Below, piece after piece: positions 12,866-25,954 of a DNA stretch of 64,000 nt. The stretch covers positions 941,909-1,005,908 of the forward strand of contig NC_057760.1 of NCBI RefSeq assembly GCF_004010195.1, in the 5' to 3' direction. Positions within the stretch are counted from its first letter, which is position 1, and every line of letters begins with the position of its first letter. The stretch is from Chiloscyllium plagiosum. Taxonomy: Eukaryota. The translations under genes were made by a program, and so were the position numbers. The notes under the pieces were generated by a model. The model was not told where the DNA came from. It saw nothing but the letters and a program-made list of their open reading frames with translations, and searched no databases.

Positions 12866-13734
12866 ATAGATCACCCACATCAAAGCAGACAATGTAGCAC
12901 CAGTAATCATATCACTTTCCATGGCGCAACCATCGAAGTTGATCAATGACATCGCACCAACACCTCACTGAAACATACAGAAGTCTTAGGGGACTTGACA
13001 CAGGGCATGGGGGAAAAGGTTGCTTCCTCTTGTGGGACGAGTCTCAGAACAGACAGTGACATCTCAGAATAAAGGCTCGCCCATTAAGACAGAGATGAGG
13101 AGGAATTTCTCCTCTAAGGGTTGAGAACTCTTTACCACAGTGGGCTGTCAAGGCTAGAACGTTTATTCAAGTCTGAGACAGACAGGTTTTCAAGCAGTAA
13201 GCTTAGGGGGAAGGCGGCAGGAAATTGGTGTTGTGGGTTACCAGGTCAGACATGATCTCACTGAATGGCGAACACACTCGATTCGATGGGCTGAATGGCC
13301 TACCTTCTGCCCTTATGTTTTACGGTCTTAAGGTCTACACTCAAAACCGTCACGAGAGTCTCACCAATGCAACAAGTCTGCATGGCCCAATGCAGGACAG
13401 TGGGCTGCGTCACTGGGTTACACCAGCTGGGTGGGTGGGAATGGACAGAGGAAACCTCGGCAGAGGCCCTGCTCTCCCTCTAAGAGTCTGAAAGCTGTGC
13501 CAAACTGTTCAGCTCCCGTTTCTTCAGCAGCTGCAGTGCCCCAGACCTCGGAGGTCAGCACAGCAGCTGGTGATATTACAGGGGATTTAGGGCGGACTGT
13601 CTGAACAGTGGCCAAATGAGGGGCAGAAAGTTAAGAACTTGCGCTGCCACAAAGCACTGAACCCACAGTTGAGGAAAAATCTTCCTTGTGGGAAGCAGCG
13701 GGACTTTGACTGGGAACATCACAGTGTGCTGTAC

Positions 13735-13839
13735 CTGCGTTTCTTCCAGGCGGTTTTCCAACATCCTCTTGTTTATGGCCATCTCCTGTTCCTTCTCCGT
13801 CACTTCTCCCAAAGACAGTTCCATTTGTTTCCGCTCTGC
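13735..13839 (-). CDS. CGN: Cingulin coding exon 12 (105 nt)
   Basis: tag|AERKQMELSLGEVTEKEQEMAINKRMLENRLEETQ|gtacag. Confidence 0.92.
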
Positions 13840-14011
13840 CTAGAACAGATGGGGGGAGAGCCACATTGCATTTGAATATGCAGAAGCAAAAAAGGAGGTG
13901 GCCATTCAGCCCATCGAGCCTGCTGACATCACACAATTAGAACGTGGCTGATCTGGATCTTAACGCTATCCAACCGTCATGCCCCTGTCGCTCTTACCCC
14001 CAACAACCCTG

Positions 14012-14320
14012 GGGCAGCACAGTGGCTCAGTGGTTTGCACTGCTGCCTCACAGCGCCAGGGACCCAGGTTCGATTCCAGCCTCGGGGCGACTGTCTGCGT
14101 GGAGTTTGCACATTCTCCCCGCGTCTGCGTGGGTTTCCTCTGGTTTACTCCCACAGTCCAAAGATGTGCAGGTCAGGGTGGATTGGCCATGCTAAGTTGT
14201 CCCATAGCGTTAGCTGCATTAGTTAGAGGGAATGGGTCTGGGTGGGTGACTCTGCTGAGGGTTGGTGTGGACTAGTTGGGCCGAAGGGCCTGTTTCCACA
14301 CTGTAGGGAATCTAATCTAA
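14012..14320 (+). mobile_element. HE1-like tRNA-derived SINE
   Basis: A box tggctcagtgg, B box ggttcgattcc, core gtggagtttgcacattctcccc, CR1-like tail ending aatctaatcta. Confidence 0.88.
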
Positions 14321-15088
14321 AAAGAAAAACACAGTTGATCAGCTGTTTTACAATATTTCTGGAAAGCTTTGTGAAAGAATCAATACGAATTAATTAAACC
14401 GGGGAGAAACAGAAATTCCACTCGGGTGGAAGAACATCAATGCAGTTGGAAAAGGGAATAAATATTTTTTTCACGTGAAGGCCACGGTTAAATCTGTCTG
14501 GGACTGCTGATCAATATCCTGTTGTGGAACGACCTCTAACTGGCCCAACGGTACACAGGCTGACAGCTCTGCCTGTAAATCAGAAACTACAGAGTCATGT
14601 TCCACACCAGGACTTAACAATCATGGAAGGTGTCTCTCTGACATGGCTAAATGGATCACTATTGATCTGGAAATCCCTCTGACACACCTAAGGCAGGTGG
14701 CAGGAGCAGAAGAGCACACGTGGACAACCACACTTGATGCAGAATGGTGCCCCTCCAGCTAGAATTTCCTGCTTCAGGACGGCCATTAGTTCTCAGTTGG
14801 CAAATAGAATTAAGCATGCACTCTGTCCTTACTGCTTACGCCTCCTACTGGTGGATGGACTAAGGACAAGTAGTCAGATTTAAGCTAAGTGGCAAAAAAA
14901 GTAAGGGCAGGGGGCAAACGGGTTTGAGTCTGAAATATACTGCGTGGGGGAGGTGCGAATCACTGGAGTCGAGAGAGAAGGTGGCGGTGGTGCAGAGCAC
15001 TGGGGAACCGCACAGACGAGGGGCCGACCCACCTCCTTCCTCGCTGTGACTGCCCTGTAATTCTAGACTTGGGAAACCGTCTGATTAC

Positions 15089-15295
15089 CTCCAGTCGGAC
15101 CGCCCTGTCCTTCAACCGTGATTCAGAGGCCTTCAGCTCCTCAATCTCGTCCTTGCACTCTCCCATCTGGAAGTCCATTTGCGATACCTTCCTCTTCAGG
15201 TCCTCGTTGTCCTGCCTCAACTGTTTGAGAGAGGAGTCCGCTGCCTTCTTGGCTTGCTCGGTGGCTCCTTTCTCATTTTCCAGGTTTAATTTATC
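15089..15295 (-). CDS. CGN: Cingulin coding exon 11 (207 nt)
   Basis: cag|DKLNLENEKGATEQAKKAADSSLKQLRQDNEDLKRKV...ESRLKDRAVRLE|gtaatc. Confidence 0.92.
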
Positions 15296-15606
15296 CTGAG
15301 GTTTGGTGGGAGGAGGGGAAGGAAAGAAAAGTTAATTTTCTGGAGAGCATCGAGAACGTGGATAGCTAGTGGTAGGCCGCTTTGCTCTGCCATTGGATTC
15401 CCACTGCTCTTATAGAGTCTAAGTCACACGGCATAGAAACAGGCCCTTCGGCCCATCACGTCTACACCGATCAGAAACACCATACTCTTCTCCAGCAATA
15501 TCTTTTGCCATTTAATCACTAGAAAAATAAAGGATTGTACGCCATTTAATTTAAAGAGTGATTTTCTGCAGTTTAAGAAAACAATACGTGAAAGTCAGAT
15601 TTATAC

Positions 15607-17106
15607 TGTGGGAGAATTTAGCCCAATTAATCAGAGATCACAAACACACAGGTCGGACTGAGAACCGACAAGGATTTATTTAACAAACAGCGATATTGCA
15701 GAAGAGACTTGACCTCCACTGAATCAGTCACTGACAGGCTGCTCAGAAGGAACCACAGCTTCTTCCCTGAAGACAGAATACAGTGGAGTTTTCTACCCTT
15801 ACAACAATGAAGGGTGAGCTATCAGGCAACGGTGTGAGTTGCACAATAAAGAGAAATAAAGTTCATTCACTGAAGAGATTCAAGTCTCTGATAATGATGT
15901 GGAGATGCCGCTGTTAGACTGGGGTGTACAAAGTTAAAAATCACACAACAGGTTTACTTGGAAGCACTAGATTTCGGAGCGCTGATCCTTCATTGGGTGG
16001 TTGCAGAGAATAAGATTGGAAGACGCAGAATTTATAGCAAAAGATTACAGTGTGATGCAACTGGAAATTATATATCGAAAAAGACCTGGACTGTTTGTTA
16101 AGTCTCTCATTTTTTAGAATAACAATATTGGCTTCAGTTCTTTCACATGTAAGTCACAGAACTTTTTTAAAAAATTACATTCTGAAGTGAACATTAACAG
16201 TTGGTGTCATGTTGGCCCAGATAATGTATTGAAGGTGTTAGCTTCCCTGTGTGAGGCGGTCTGTGTCACAATGGTCAGACTGATTCCAATCTAAAAAAAA
16301 AACGGATTTACAGAATCTTACAAGGATTCATGCAGTTTTTGAGCAAAGTAATATGTAATTCTGCAGAATTCTTGGGCGACTGTCTGTGGAGTTTGCGCAT
16401 TCTCCCAGTGTCCGGATGCTTTGGTTTCCTCCCACAGTCCAAAGATGTGCAGGCTATGGGGATTGGCCATGCTAAATTACCCAGACTATTAGGTGCATTA
16501 GTCAGAGGCAAATGGGTCTGGGTGGGTTATTCTTCGGAGGGTCGGTGTGGACTTGTTGGGCCGAAGGGCCGTAGGGCATCTAATCTTATTCTCCATAACC
16601 ACCTGATGAAGGAGCAGCACTCCGAAAGCTTGTGCTTTCAAATAAACCTGTTGTGTGATTTTTAACCAAGTCTCTGGTGTCTGACAATGCGTTTCTTAAT
16701 TGAGTCAGGAGATTCCGATTCTTGTCTGGAGTAGGTGTTAGTGGGTTTCATCCTGTTATCAATGTGGTCGTATTGTTGAGGGGAGAAGCGAGGTACTTTT
16801 GGTGCCTCCTTGTCTGGGTACCCTTTCTAAAGGCTTGACTCCTCGTGGGAATAGCTGTACCCTAAGGACATCAGAGGTGCTGGGCTATTGTGGAGTGGGA
16901 GGCTCCTTATCAGTTAATCTGAAGAAGTATATTCTCTTGGTCTGGGGCTGGATCAGTCATGTCCTGAGGTACTTGTGATGTCTGGGACAGCTGGTTTGGC
17001 CAATTTGAGGCATTGTGGGTAGGCTTAGTGGCTAACTGCTGACATTGTGCGTTGTCTGTTTTGTGGCCATGTCATGGGGAGGCCAGAACCTGTATCTTCT
17101 CCCACA
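15607..17106 (-). mobile_element. Candidate solo LTR hosting the family B Penelope insert
   Basis: 9-bp terminal inverted repeat tgtgggaga...tctcccaca; minus-strand AATAAA near 15675; no clean TSD. Confidence 0.45.
15891..16666. mobile_element. Penelope-derived element (family B) with inverted pLTR ends and a nested SINE fragment
   Basis: Inverted termini at about 15933-16002 and 16597-16666; TSD caagtctctg at 15881-15890 and 16667-16676; hammerhead motif at 16600-16634. Confidence 0.75.
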
Positions 17107-17983
17107 CTAACAAATGTCAATAGCAGTAAAACGGACTAGTTTTTAAAAAATCCTGTCACACAGGTGTGGACTGTACTACCTGACAATGTGGTGAGGCAGA
17201 TTTAATCAAAGCGTTTGAAAGACAATTTGGCACAAGTTGCATGGGTGCAAATAGGAAAGCAGCCACAAGGTTACTTAGACCTTACAGAGTGACAGAGCAA
17301 GCTCTCACGAACTCCTGCTCCTCATTATTGTGTTCTCAGAAATGTCCGATCTCAAGCATCCCCACTATTTGCAGTCAGGATCGCCTGGATTACTGCGCGT
17401 GGTTTTGGCCCTCTTACTCAAGGTGGGGGAGTGGCAGACAGATGACGGCGGCTGCATTGGAGGCAGCTCAGAGGATGCTCACTCAATTAATTCCTGAGCT
17501 GAAGGGCTCGCCTTATGAAAAGAGACTGAGTACTTGAGGCCTACCCTCTCGAGTTTCGAAAAATGACAGTAGATCTAATTGAGGTATAGGAAACACTAAA
17601 GGGTGTTGACAGAGAGAAACAAAAAGAATGTTTCCTCACGTGGAATCAACTAGAATGAGTGGTCAGGTGTTTTAGGATAAAGGGCAGCAGATTTAAAACA
17701 GGAGGTGAGAAGACATTACTTCTCTCAAAAAGGGTTGTGTATCTGTAGAATTCGCTGCCCAAGCATGGGGTGAATGGTCGGATATTGAGTAAATTTAGGG
17801 AGGAGATAGACAGATTTTTATTTAGTATTGAGTTGAAGGGTTACACAGAGCTGGCAAATAGTCATACAGCTCAGAAACAGACCCTTCCACCCAACCAGTT
17901 CAGGCTGACCATAATCCCAAACTAAACTAGTCCCACCTGCCTGCTCCTGGCCCAAATCACTCCAAACATTTCTTATTCATGGA

Positions 17984-18141
17984 CAGAGGAACTTCGATTA
18001 TCCAAAGGACATGAATGGGGAGTATTTTGTTTGGTTCATCGATGTGGGATAACATAGTTAGCCAAGCACCGGCACCTTGCAATCTTGATCGGATAATCCG
18101 AAATTTGGTTAATCAAATGCCGGATCATCGAGGTTCCTCTG
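17984..18141. mobile_element. pogo/Tigger-like MITE
   Basis: TIRs cagaggaacttcgattatcc and ggatcatcgaggttcctctg, TA on the right flank, inserted at the TA of a CR1 tail. Confidence 0.78.
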
Positions 18142-18173
18142 TACTTATCCAAATGCCTTTTAAAGATTGTAAT

Positions 18174-18502
18174 GGGGCGGCACGGTGGCTCAGTGGTTAA
18201 CACTGCTGCCTCGCAGCACCAGGGACCTAGGTTTGATTCCTGCCTCGGGTGATGGTCTGTGCGGAGCTTGCACATTCTCCCCGTGTCTGCGAGGGTTTCC
18301 TCTGGGTGCTCTGGTTTCCTCCCACATCCCAAAAAGATGTTCAGGTCAGGGTGAATTGGCCATGCTAAATTGTCCCAGTGTTAGGTGCATTAGTCAGGGG
18401 TAAATATAGGGAAATGGGTCTGGGTGGGTTACTCTTCAGAGGGTTCGGCGTGGACTTGTTGTCTGAAGGGCCTGTTTCCACATTGTCGGAAATCTAACCT
18501 AA
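18174..18502 (+). mobile_element. HE1-like SINE
   Basis: Full head, core and tail. Confidence 0.88.
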
Positions 18503-19004
18503 TTGTACCCACATCCACCACTTCATCTGGGAGTTTGTTCCACACATGAACCACCCTGTGTTTTTAAAAAAAAAAAATGCCCCCATTCCTTTTTAAAATC
18601 TTTCTCCTCTGACCTTAAAAGTATTGTCCCTCTTGAATTCCCCTACCGGTGGGAAAAGACATCTATTTATCTTATCTATACCGCTCATAATTTATTAAAC
18701 CTCCATAATGTCGCCTCTCAATCTCCTATGTCCTGGGGGCATGTGTGAGAGAGGCAGATTGTTGTAAGGAAAGAACATGCCATATTCAGTGGCGGTGACC
18801 ATGAAATGGTCATTCATTGTTGTAAAACCCATGTGGTTCACAAACGGCCTTTAAAGGAAAGAAGTCTGCCATACTTTCCCCAGAATGGCCAGCACATGAC
18901 TCCACATCCTTAGCCATGAAGCTGGCTCTTTAATATCATCTGAAATACCGAGCCAGCCCAATCAACGTGTACCTATAGAGCTATATATGATGAACTAGTT
19001 ACTC

Positions 19005-19710
19005 ATGGGATGTTACTCATGCCCCCCCCTACACATTAACAGCACAGAGGTGGAACGAGTGAAGAGTGTCAAGCTCCTGGGAGTGGTCATCCACAACAAG
19101 CTTTCTGGGACTCTTCATGTGGACGCACTGGTTACAAAGGCCCAACAACGTCTCCTCTTCCCTCAGGCAGCTGAGGAAATTTGGCATGACGGCGAATACC
19201 CTCACCAAGTTTTATAGGTGCGTCATCGAGAGCGATCTGTCTGGATGTATCACTGCCTGGTACGGCAGCTGTACCATTCAAGATCGGAGACGGTTACAGA
19301 GAGTGGTGAGCTCGGCCCGGACAGTCACAAAGGCCAACCTCCCATCTATAGAATCCATCTCCCAGGCCCCACTGTCAAGGAAAGGCCGCCAGCATTCTCA
19401 AAGATCCACCCCACCCTGGCAATGTTTTTCCACAACCTCTACCATCGGGGAGAAACTACAGAAGCCTGAACACACGCACCAGCTGGTTTCGAAACAGCTT
19501 CTACCCTCCTGTTGTTAGAATACTGAATGGACTCACAAACTCTTCACATTCGCCCGTACCTGTGTTTTTGTTTTGCCGCTGTTTACCTATTATTTACTAA
19601 TCCATGCGACTTAACTCTGTGATCTGTCTGTGTTGCTCACAAGACAAAGTGTTTCACTGTGTCTCAGTCCACAGGACAATAAATTCAACTCAATTCCAAT
19701 TCAGTTCAAT
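19005..19710 (+). mobile_element. Rex1/Babar-like LINE 3' fragment
   Basis: KAQQRL, LRQLRKFG..FYRCVIES.LSGCITAWYGSCT..DRRRLQRVV; AATAAA followed by a degenerate (TTCAA)n tail. Older minus-strand relatives at about 22665-22975, 27385-27715 and 52660-52850. Confidence 0.85.
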
Positions 19711-19796
19711 ACCAGTTGAACCATAGCATTTCAAGCTGGTGGCTCTCCAATGGCTTCGCGAGGGACAATTAAGAACGGGCAGCGGGTTGAACCCAC

Positions 19797-20009
19797 CTTT
19801 GACATAAGGTCACAGTTCCTCTTTAGCACGTCCACTTCCTTCTGATGGCTCTGCTTGAGTTTATCTAGTGCTTTGCTGTGATTGGCAGCCTCTTCGCTGA
19901 GCGTTCCTTTCAGTGCACTCAGTTCCTGCTCCTTGCGTTGCAACAGAGCCTCCTGATGCTCAGCGTTCCTGGCCATCTCTTGCAGTTCCTTCTTGGCCGT
20001 AAGCAGCTC
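19797..20009 (-). CDS. CGN: Cingulin coding exon 10 (213 nt)
   Basis: cag|ELLTAKKELQEMARNAEHQEALLQRKEQELSALKGTLSEEAANH...CDLMSK|gtgggt. Confidence 0.92.
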
Positions 20010-20940
20010 CTGAAACAGAGGAAGATCTGGTCACCGTTTATGACATTGGATGCTGTCAGCATTCTGCATACTTTACAGCTGGTTTAACTATCCAACCATC
20101 TCTTCCCTCTGGACTTCTGCTGAACCTATTAAGGATAATTTGTTGTTAACAAATTTGGAGGCAATTTAAACTAGAGGAAAGACCATAGATAAGAAGAAAG
20201 AAATCTATTAGGAACGTTTCCTTGCAGAGATAACGGAATTCTCCCCCACAGGGAGCGGTCAGGACAAATAGCAGAGATGCACCGAAGGTGGATAAACACA
20301 GACACACATTGGGATAGAAGGACAGTGATAGGGAAAGATGAAGAGGCAGGGTCATGAATTCACTTCCCCAGAGTGTGGGGGAGGCTGGAACATTAAGTAA
20401 GTTGAAAGAGATCGACAGATTTTTAATTAGCAATGGGCTGTGAGGAGCAGGCAGGAAAGTGGAGCGGAGGCAGAAAGGAGATCAGCTGTGAATGGCTGGC
20501 GAAGCAAACTCGAGGAGCTGAATGACCCACTCCTGCTCCTTATGAAGCTCATGCAGAGCTTGAACACCGCCAAAGGCAGACAGGCCAAATGGCCTTCGAC
20601 TTTGCTGTAAATGCTCTGTAATCAAAGCTCGTATGTAGGGCAGTGCCCTGCATACCTGGGCTGCATAATTCTTCAACACTGAAATGCTTACTGGGCTTTC
20701 TCTGCCCAGTTTGAGGAGAACCTCATCAAGCCCCTCACACCGTTTCTTACTTAGTCATAGAGATGTACAGCATGGAACCAGACCCTTCAGTTCAATTCGG
20801 CCATGCGGACCAGGTATCCTAAACTCATCTGGTCCTGTTTGCCAGCATGTGGCTCCGAGCCCAATAAACTCTTGCTAATCAGCAACACATTCACTCTATC
20901 CCAGCTTGGCAGGAGGGGGCTTGGAGGGAAGATTCAAATG

Positions 20941-21152
20941 AGGAGAAAGTGAGGTCTGCAGATGCTGGAGATCAGAGCTGGAAATGTGTTGCTGGAAAAG
21001 CGCAGCAGGTCAGGCAGCANNNNNNNNNNNNNNNNNNGTCGGAAATGTGATAGGTGGAAAGAGGTCAAGGTGAGGGTGATAGGTCAGACTGGGGTGGGGG
21101 CGGAGAGTTCGGGAAGAAGATCTCAGGTTAGGAAGGCGTTGCTGAATTTGAT
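20941..21152 (-). mobile_element. pLTR-derived element (family A), contains an N gap
   Basis: 15-bp TSD gggaagattcaaatg at 20926-20940 and 21153-21167. Further family A pieces at about 25805-25942, 46325-46500, 47005-47182 and 61396-61520. Confidence 0.78.
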
Positions 21153-21273
21153 GGGAAGATTCAAATGCTCACTTGACTGAGTTCAAGGCCCACTAGCTTC
21201 AGCGTTAAGAGTGATGCCTCCCAGAGCTCCGTGGTCACATTTGGATTAGATACCTGCTGCCAGTGTAAACGCA

Positions 21274-21430
21274 CACAGGAACCTCGATTATCCGAAGGAC
21301 ACGAGCGGGGAGTATTTAGTCCTGTTAATCAAATGCTGGATAACAGTTTAGCCAAGCATTGGGACCTTGCGATCTGGCCGGATAAGCCAATATTCGGATA
21401 ATTGAATGCCGAGTAATCAAGCTCCCTCGG
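21274..21430. mobile_element. Second copy of the pogo/Tigger-like MITE
   Basis: Colinear with 17984-18141; degenerate TIRs, TA on the right flank. Confidence 0.72.
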
Positions 21431-22149
21431 TATTTGTGAGGATGTCGAAGAACAGGGGTAAATGAATTATATTGATTTCAGCCCATAATAAGATCGTAAG
21501 ACAAAGGAGCAGAAGTACACCATTTGGCCCATCGAGTCTGCTTCGCTATTCAATGCGAGAGTGGCTGAGCAAATCGTTCACAATTCCACTTTCCGGCGGT
21601 TTTCCAATAACCCGAGATTCCATCACCGATTGGAAACTCTGTCTACCCCTCAACCTCGAACGCACGATGACTGAGCCTTAACTGCTGACTGTGGTAAAGA
21701 ATTCCACAAACTCACGACCACCTGAACAAAAGAGATTCCTTGCTCTCAGTCCGAAATGGGTGACCATTTCCTCGGAGCTCTCTGGTCCTAGAGTTTCCCC
21801 ACAAGTGGGAAACAGCCTCTGCAATCTAAAATAAAAACAGGAAATGCTGCAGAGGTCTGGGTGCACTTGCGGAGAGAGAAACACAGTGAGCTTTTCAAGT
21901 CTGACGTGACTCTTCTTCAGAGCTCTCCACGTCTGCTTTGCAAAGTGCCCCAAGAATCTTGTATGTCTCGATCAGGTCTCCTCCCAATCTTCTAAACTTC
22001 ACTGGAGTACGGGCCGAACCTAGTTAACCTCCCCATGTAAGGCAGTTCCTCCACGTGAGTGTCCGTACCATCAACTCTGCATCAATCTAAAGTCCTTGCA
22101 GCCAATAAGCAATCTCAACTGAAACATAGCTATCAGGTTCTCAACATAC

Positions 22150-22291
22150 TTTTTTAAGCGACTGGATCTCTGTATTGTCCACTGAAGTCCGTTTCACATG
22201 GTCCACCTCATCCTGCATCACCGAGTAACGATCGCGCAAATCCCGCAGCTCCTCGTCGAATTCCTCTTTCTCCAGCTTGATCTGCATCAGC
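22150..22291 (-). CDS. CGN: Cingulin coding exon 9 (142 nt, phase 2 to 0)
   Basis: cag|g LMQIKLEKEEFDEELRDLRDRYSVMQDEVDHVKRTSVDNTEIQSLKK|gtatgt. Confidence 0.93.
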
Positions 22292-23215
22292 CTGGGATTA
22301 GGAATAAGTTTGAAAACAAAACAATTGGTTTGGGTATTGAGCATGTTCCCTCAGCCCTTTGGCCTCAGCATCCACCCGATGAGGTGGTTTAAACAGCCAA
22401 TCCCAGGGGAGCACGGGTGTGGCTCAGTGGACAGCAAGCTGGCCTCTCAGTCACTAGATTCCAGGCTCAAGTCTCACTGCAGAAGCTGGCGCACAGAAAT
22501 TCAGGGAATGAGTACTGCGTCGTGAGAGGGTCAGTGCTGAGGGAGCGCAGTGCTAAGAGAGGGTCAGTGCTGAGGGAGCAGTGCACTGTCAGAGGTGCCA
22601 TTTTTCAGATTTCATATGAAACAGATGCCCCCGTCTGCCCTCAAGTGGTCATACATTTATGGTTGTCACACGTACATAAGTACAGTCTTGTTTAGTGTGC
22701 AGCACTGGCAAACCATATCATGCAGAGTGCATTAGGGCAATAGAACAGAGCGAGGAACACAATGTTACGGCTGCAGAGGACGTGCACAAACAGCGTGATT
22801 AACATCAAATTTAAAATTTGAGGGGTCCATTCTGAAGTCTGATAAGAGTGAGGAAGAAGCTTTCCTTGAACCTGTTGGTGCGTGTGTTTAAGCTTTTGTA
22901 TGTTCTGCCCAACGGAGGAGGTTGGAAGAGATTATAACTGGGGTGGGAGGGCTCTTTGGTTATGCTCGCTGCTTCATAGATAGCAAGGGGTGCTATTGGA
23001 AGAGGAGAGGCCTTGGGAGGGTGCCTCATTCTTCCTGATATTCTTGGGCCATTCTTTGTAACACAACCTGTGTCATCTTAAAAATAGATTATCTGGGAGT
23101 TTGCAACGGGCAAATGGGTTGAGCATTCCCTCCAATACAGCAGAGTAACACAACACTGGCTGTAACACACTTTGGAGGTGCCCTGAGGTTGCGAAAGATG
23201 CCACAAAAAATTATT

Positions 23216-23412
23216 TGGAGACGCTGAGTGTTGGACTGGGGTGTACAAATTTAAAAAATCACACAACACCAGGTTATAGCCCAACAGGATTAATTGGAAG
23301 CACTAGCTTTCGGCGCGTTGCCTGACCACCTGACGAAGGAGCGGCGCTCCGAAAGTTACTGCTTCCAATTAAACCTGTTGGACTATAACTTGGGTGTTGT
23401 GTGACTTTTAAC
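23216..23412. mobile_element. Palindromic pLTR-derived element (family B)
   Basis: Imperfect inverted arms; CAC-CTGACGA-A-GGAGC(GGC)GCTCC-GAAA-GTTA at 23327-23358. Confidence 0.75.
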
Positions 23413-23612
23413 AAAAAAAAGTGCACAGGCTTTCTCTTGATTCCTGGTCTGAGAATGCTGCACTGCCTCAACATTCCACTTGATGGAGTCTTTGCGCAAA
23501 TCCCAGAGAGAGACATCAACCCACAATCCTCTCCCTTGCTTTTCACAAGGAGGACTGGGAACCAATTGGAACCTTCGCCCCCTCCAAACCATTGCAGTAG
23601 AACTCAATTTAC

Positions 23613-23761
23613 TCCTGCTTGGTGTGGCGTAGCTCCTCACGGTTTTTCTGGAACATCTCCTTCCAGTGCACGGTCTCCTCGGTGCTCTCCTCCAGCTGTC
23701 TCTGCAGGTTCCGCATCGTTGAATTGATCTTCTGCCTCTCAGACTCCACATTCTGCTGTGT
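23613..23761 (-). CDS. CGN: Cingulin coding exon 8 (149 nt, phase 0 to 2)
   Basis: cag|[49 protein letters not shown] ga|gtaaat; the EETxHWxxMFQKN motif is typical of CGN rather than CGNL1 (from recall). Confidence 0.93.
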
Positions 23762-23870
23762 CTGCACTCACCAAGGAAGACAGGAATACAGAGAACATTT
23801 AAATCACTGTAGCATCTAGTCGGCAAATAAAGCATGCCAGAGGGCTTCATAAGACGGTCGCAAAGTAAAA

Positions 23871-24176
23871 GGGAGGAAGTGAGGACTGCAGATGCTGGAG
23901 ACCAGAGCTGAAAAACGTGGCACTGGAAAAACACAGCAGGCCAGGCAGCATCCGAGGAGCAGGAGAATCGACGTTTCGGGCATAAGCCCTTATTCAGGGA
24001 TGAGGCTGGTGTGTCAAGCGGGCTGAGATAAAAGGTAGGGGGGAGGGAATTTATCTCAGCCCGCTTGGCACACCAGCCCCATCCCTGAAGGGGGGCTTAT
24101 GCCCGAAACGTCGATTCTCCTGCTCCTCGGATGCTGCCTGGCCTGCTGTGTTTTTCCGGCGCCACATTTTTCAGCT
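23871..24176. mobile_element. Palindromic pLTR-derived element (family A)
   Basis: Inverted arms at about 23906-24032 and 24050-24176; TSD gtc(g/a)caaa(g/a)taaaa at 23857-23870 and 24177-24190. Confidence 0.82.
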
Positions 24177-25257
24177 GTCACAAAATAAAATTGGGCATCA
24201 AATCTGAAATGATAGATGGTCAAAGCTTTGGTCAAAGGGGTGGGTCTCAAAGAGCAACTTAAAGGAGATCAGGTAAGATATAAAAGCACATCGGCTTAGG
24301 GACAGAGTTCTTGAGCTTACTTTGGTGGAAGGGTTAAAAGCAAACCAAAAACAAGGTCAGAGTCCTCTGGAACAGCGACATAATCCAGAGAGGTGACTGC
24401 GAACCACCTGCTGTGTTAAAGATTGCTTGCTGGCACTGTGGAGCTTAGCACATGGGTGGTAAACAGCACAAGACATTAGCTTCCTTTTAGTTCAGAATAT
24501 CAAGGATCAGTTTTGGCTCGGAAAAACCCAGCGATTTAAAACTTTTCGGGCAGTTTTAGAAATGACGTGGGTGAATACGGAAGGAAATATTATTCCTCTC
24601 TGAGGAAAAAGTCGAGGACAGTACAGAGAAAGCTTATTACCAGTACTGAAGAATATGGGCCAAAGGTCCATGGATTAGTCCTCACCTCACAAAGGTAGAA
24701 AACGCTCATGGGGCAGAATGGCCTACGCCTGTTCCTACCTTGTTCTAAACGTTTAACTCGTTAAGCTTCAAGAATAGAAGTGTTTGGTCAGGAACCAACA
24801 GATAGGAGACTGACAACATTTTTTTGTGTGATCAGAATTCATACAATTAAAAAGGGAAAAAAAAACAGGAAGAGGTACGGGGATTGTACTGTATAAATTA
24901 TTCTGAATCAAATTGTTCAAACAATAATAGACACCTGCACAATTTTTGTATAAAGAATCATTCATCATAACAGATCAAATCAGTTGAATAGGAAATTACA
25001 GAATTAAAATGGGAACTTGGTAATACTTGTCATCCTATTATATGGCAAGTCATATTCTTTAATAACTTCTTATTACCTCACAAGGATCTGCCATTATTAG
25101 AACGGAGGAGTGAAGAGGTAGTCAGACACTTGCAGAAGTTCATTTTGAAACAATATTAACATTAAGAGGGAGTATTTTAATTACATGTAATGAATCGATT
25201 TCTTGGCAAAATATGTTACCATAAATATAGGCCAATATATAGTTTAGTTAGATGCAT

Positions 25258-25574
25258 TATTAGATTAGATTACCTACAGTGTGGAAACAGGCCCTTCGGC
25301 CCAACAAGTCCACACCGACCCGCCGAAGCGCAACCCACCCATACCCCTACACTTGCCCCTTCACCTACCACTACCAGTGTAATTTAGTATGGCCAATTCA
25401 CCTGACCTGCCCATCTTCGGACTGTGGGAGGAAACCGGAGCACCCGGAGGAAACCCACGCAGACACGGGGAGAATGTGCAAACTCCACACAGACAGTCGC
25501 CTGAGGCGGGATTTGAACCCGGGTCTCTGGTGCTGTGAGGCAGCAGTGCTAACCACTGTGCCGCCGTGCCGCCC
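25258..25574 (-). mobile_element. HE1-like SINE
   Basis: (TTAGA)n tail at 25258; head ends at 25574. Confidence 0.88.
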
Positions 25575-25659
25575 ACAGTTTGTTGGCAGCAATCAAAAAT
25601 CTGGTTTTTTTTTTTGGAAATAGAGTCCACCTTAAAACAGTAATAAATAAGTACATTTA

Positions 25660-25899
<240 letters not shown>

Positions 25900-25954
25900 T
25901 CAACTTTGATCTCCAGCATCTGCAGACCTCACTTTCTCCTCCAATTAAAAGTAA

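Noticed and set aside
14012..14085. tRNA-like sequence with A and B boxes (also at the other SINE heads)
   Set aside because: It continues directly into the SINE core and CR1-like tail, so it is not a stand-alone tRNA gene.
23753..23771. Alternative in-frame CAG acceptors and a donor-like GGTGAGT next to the exon 8 acceptor
   Set aside because: Such short motifs occur by chance and cannot be supported without transcript data.
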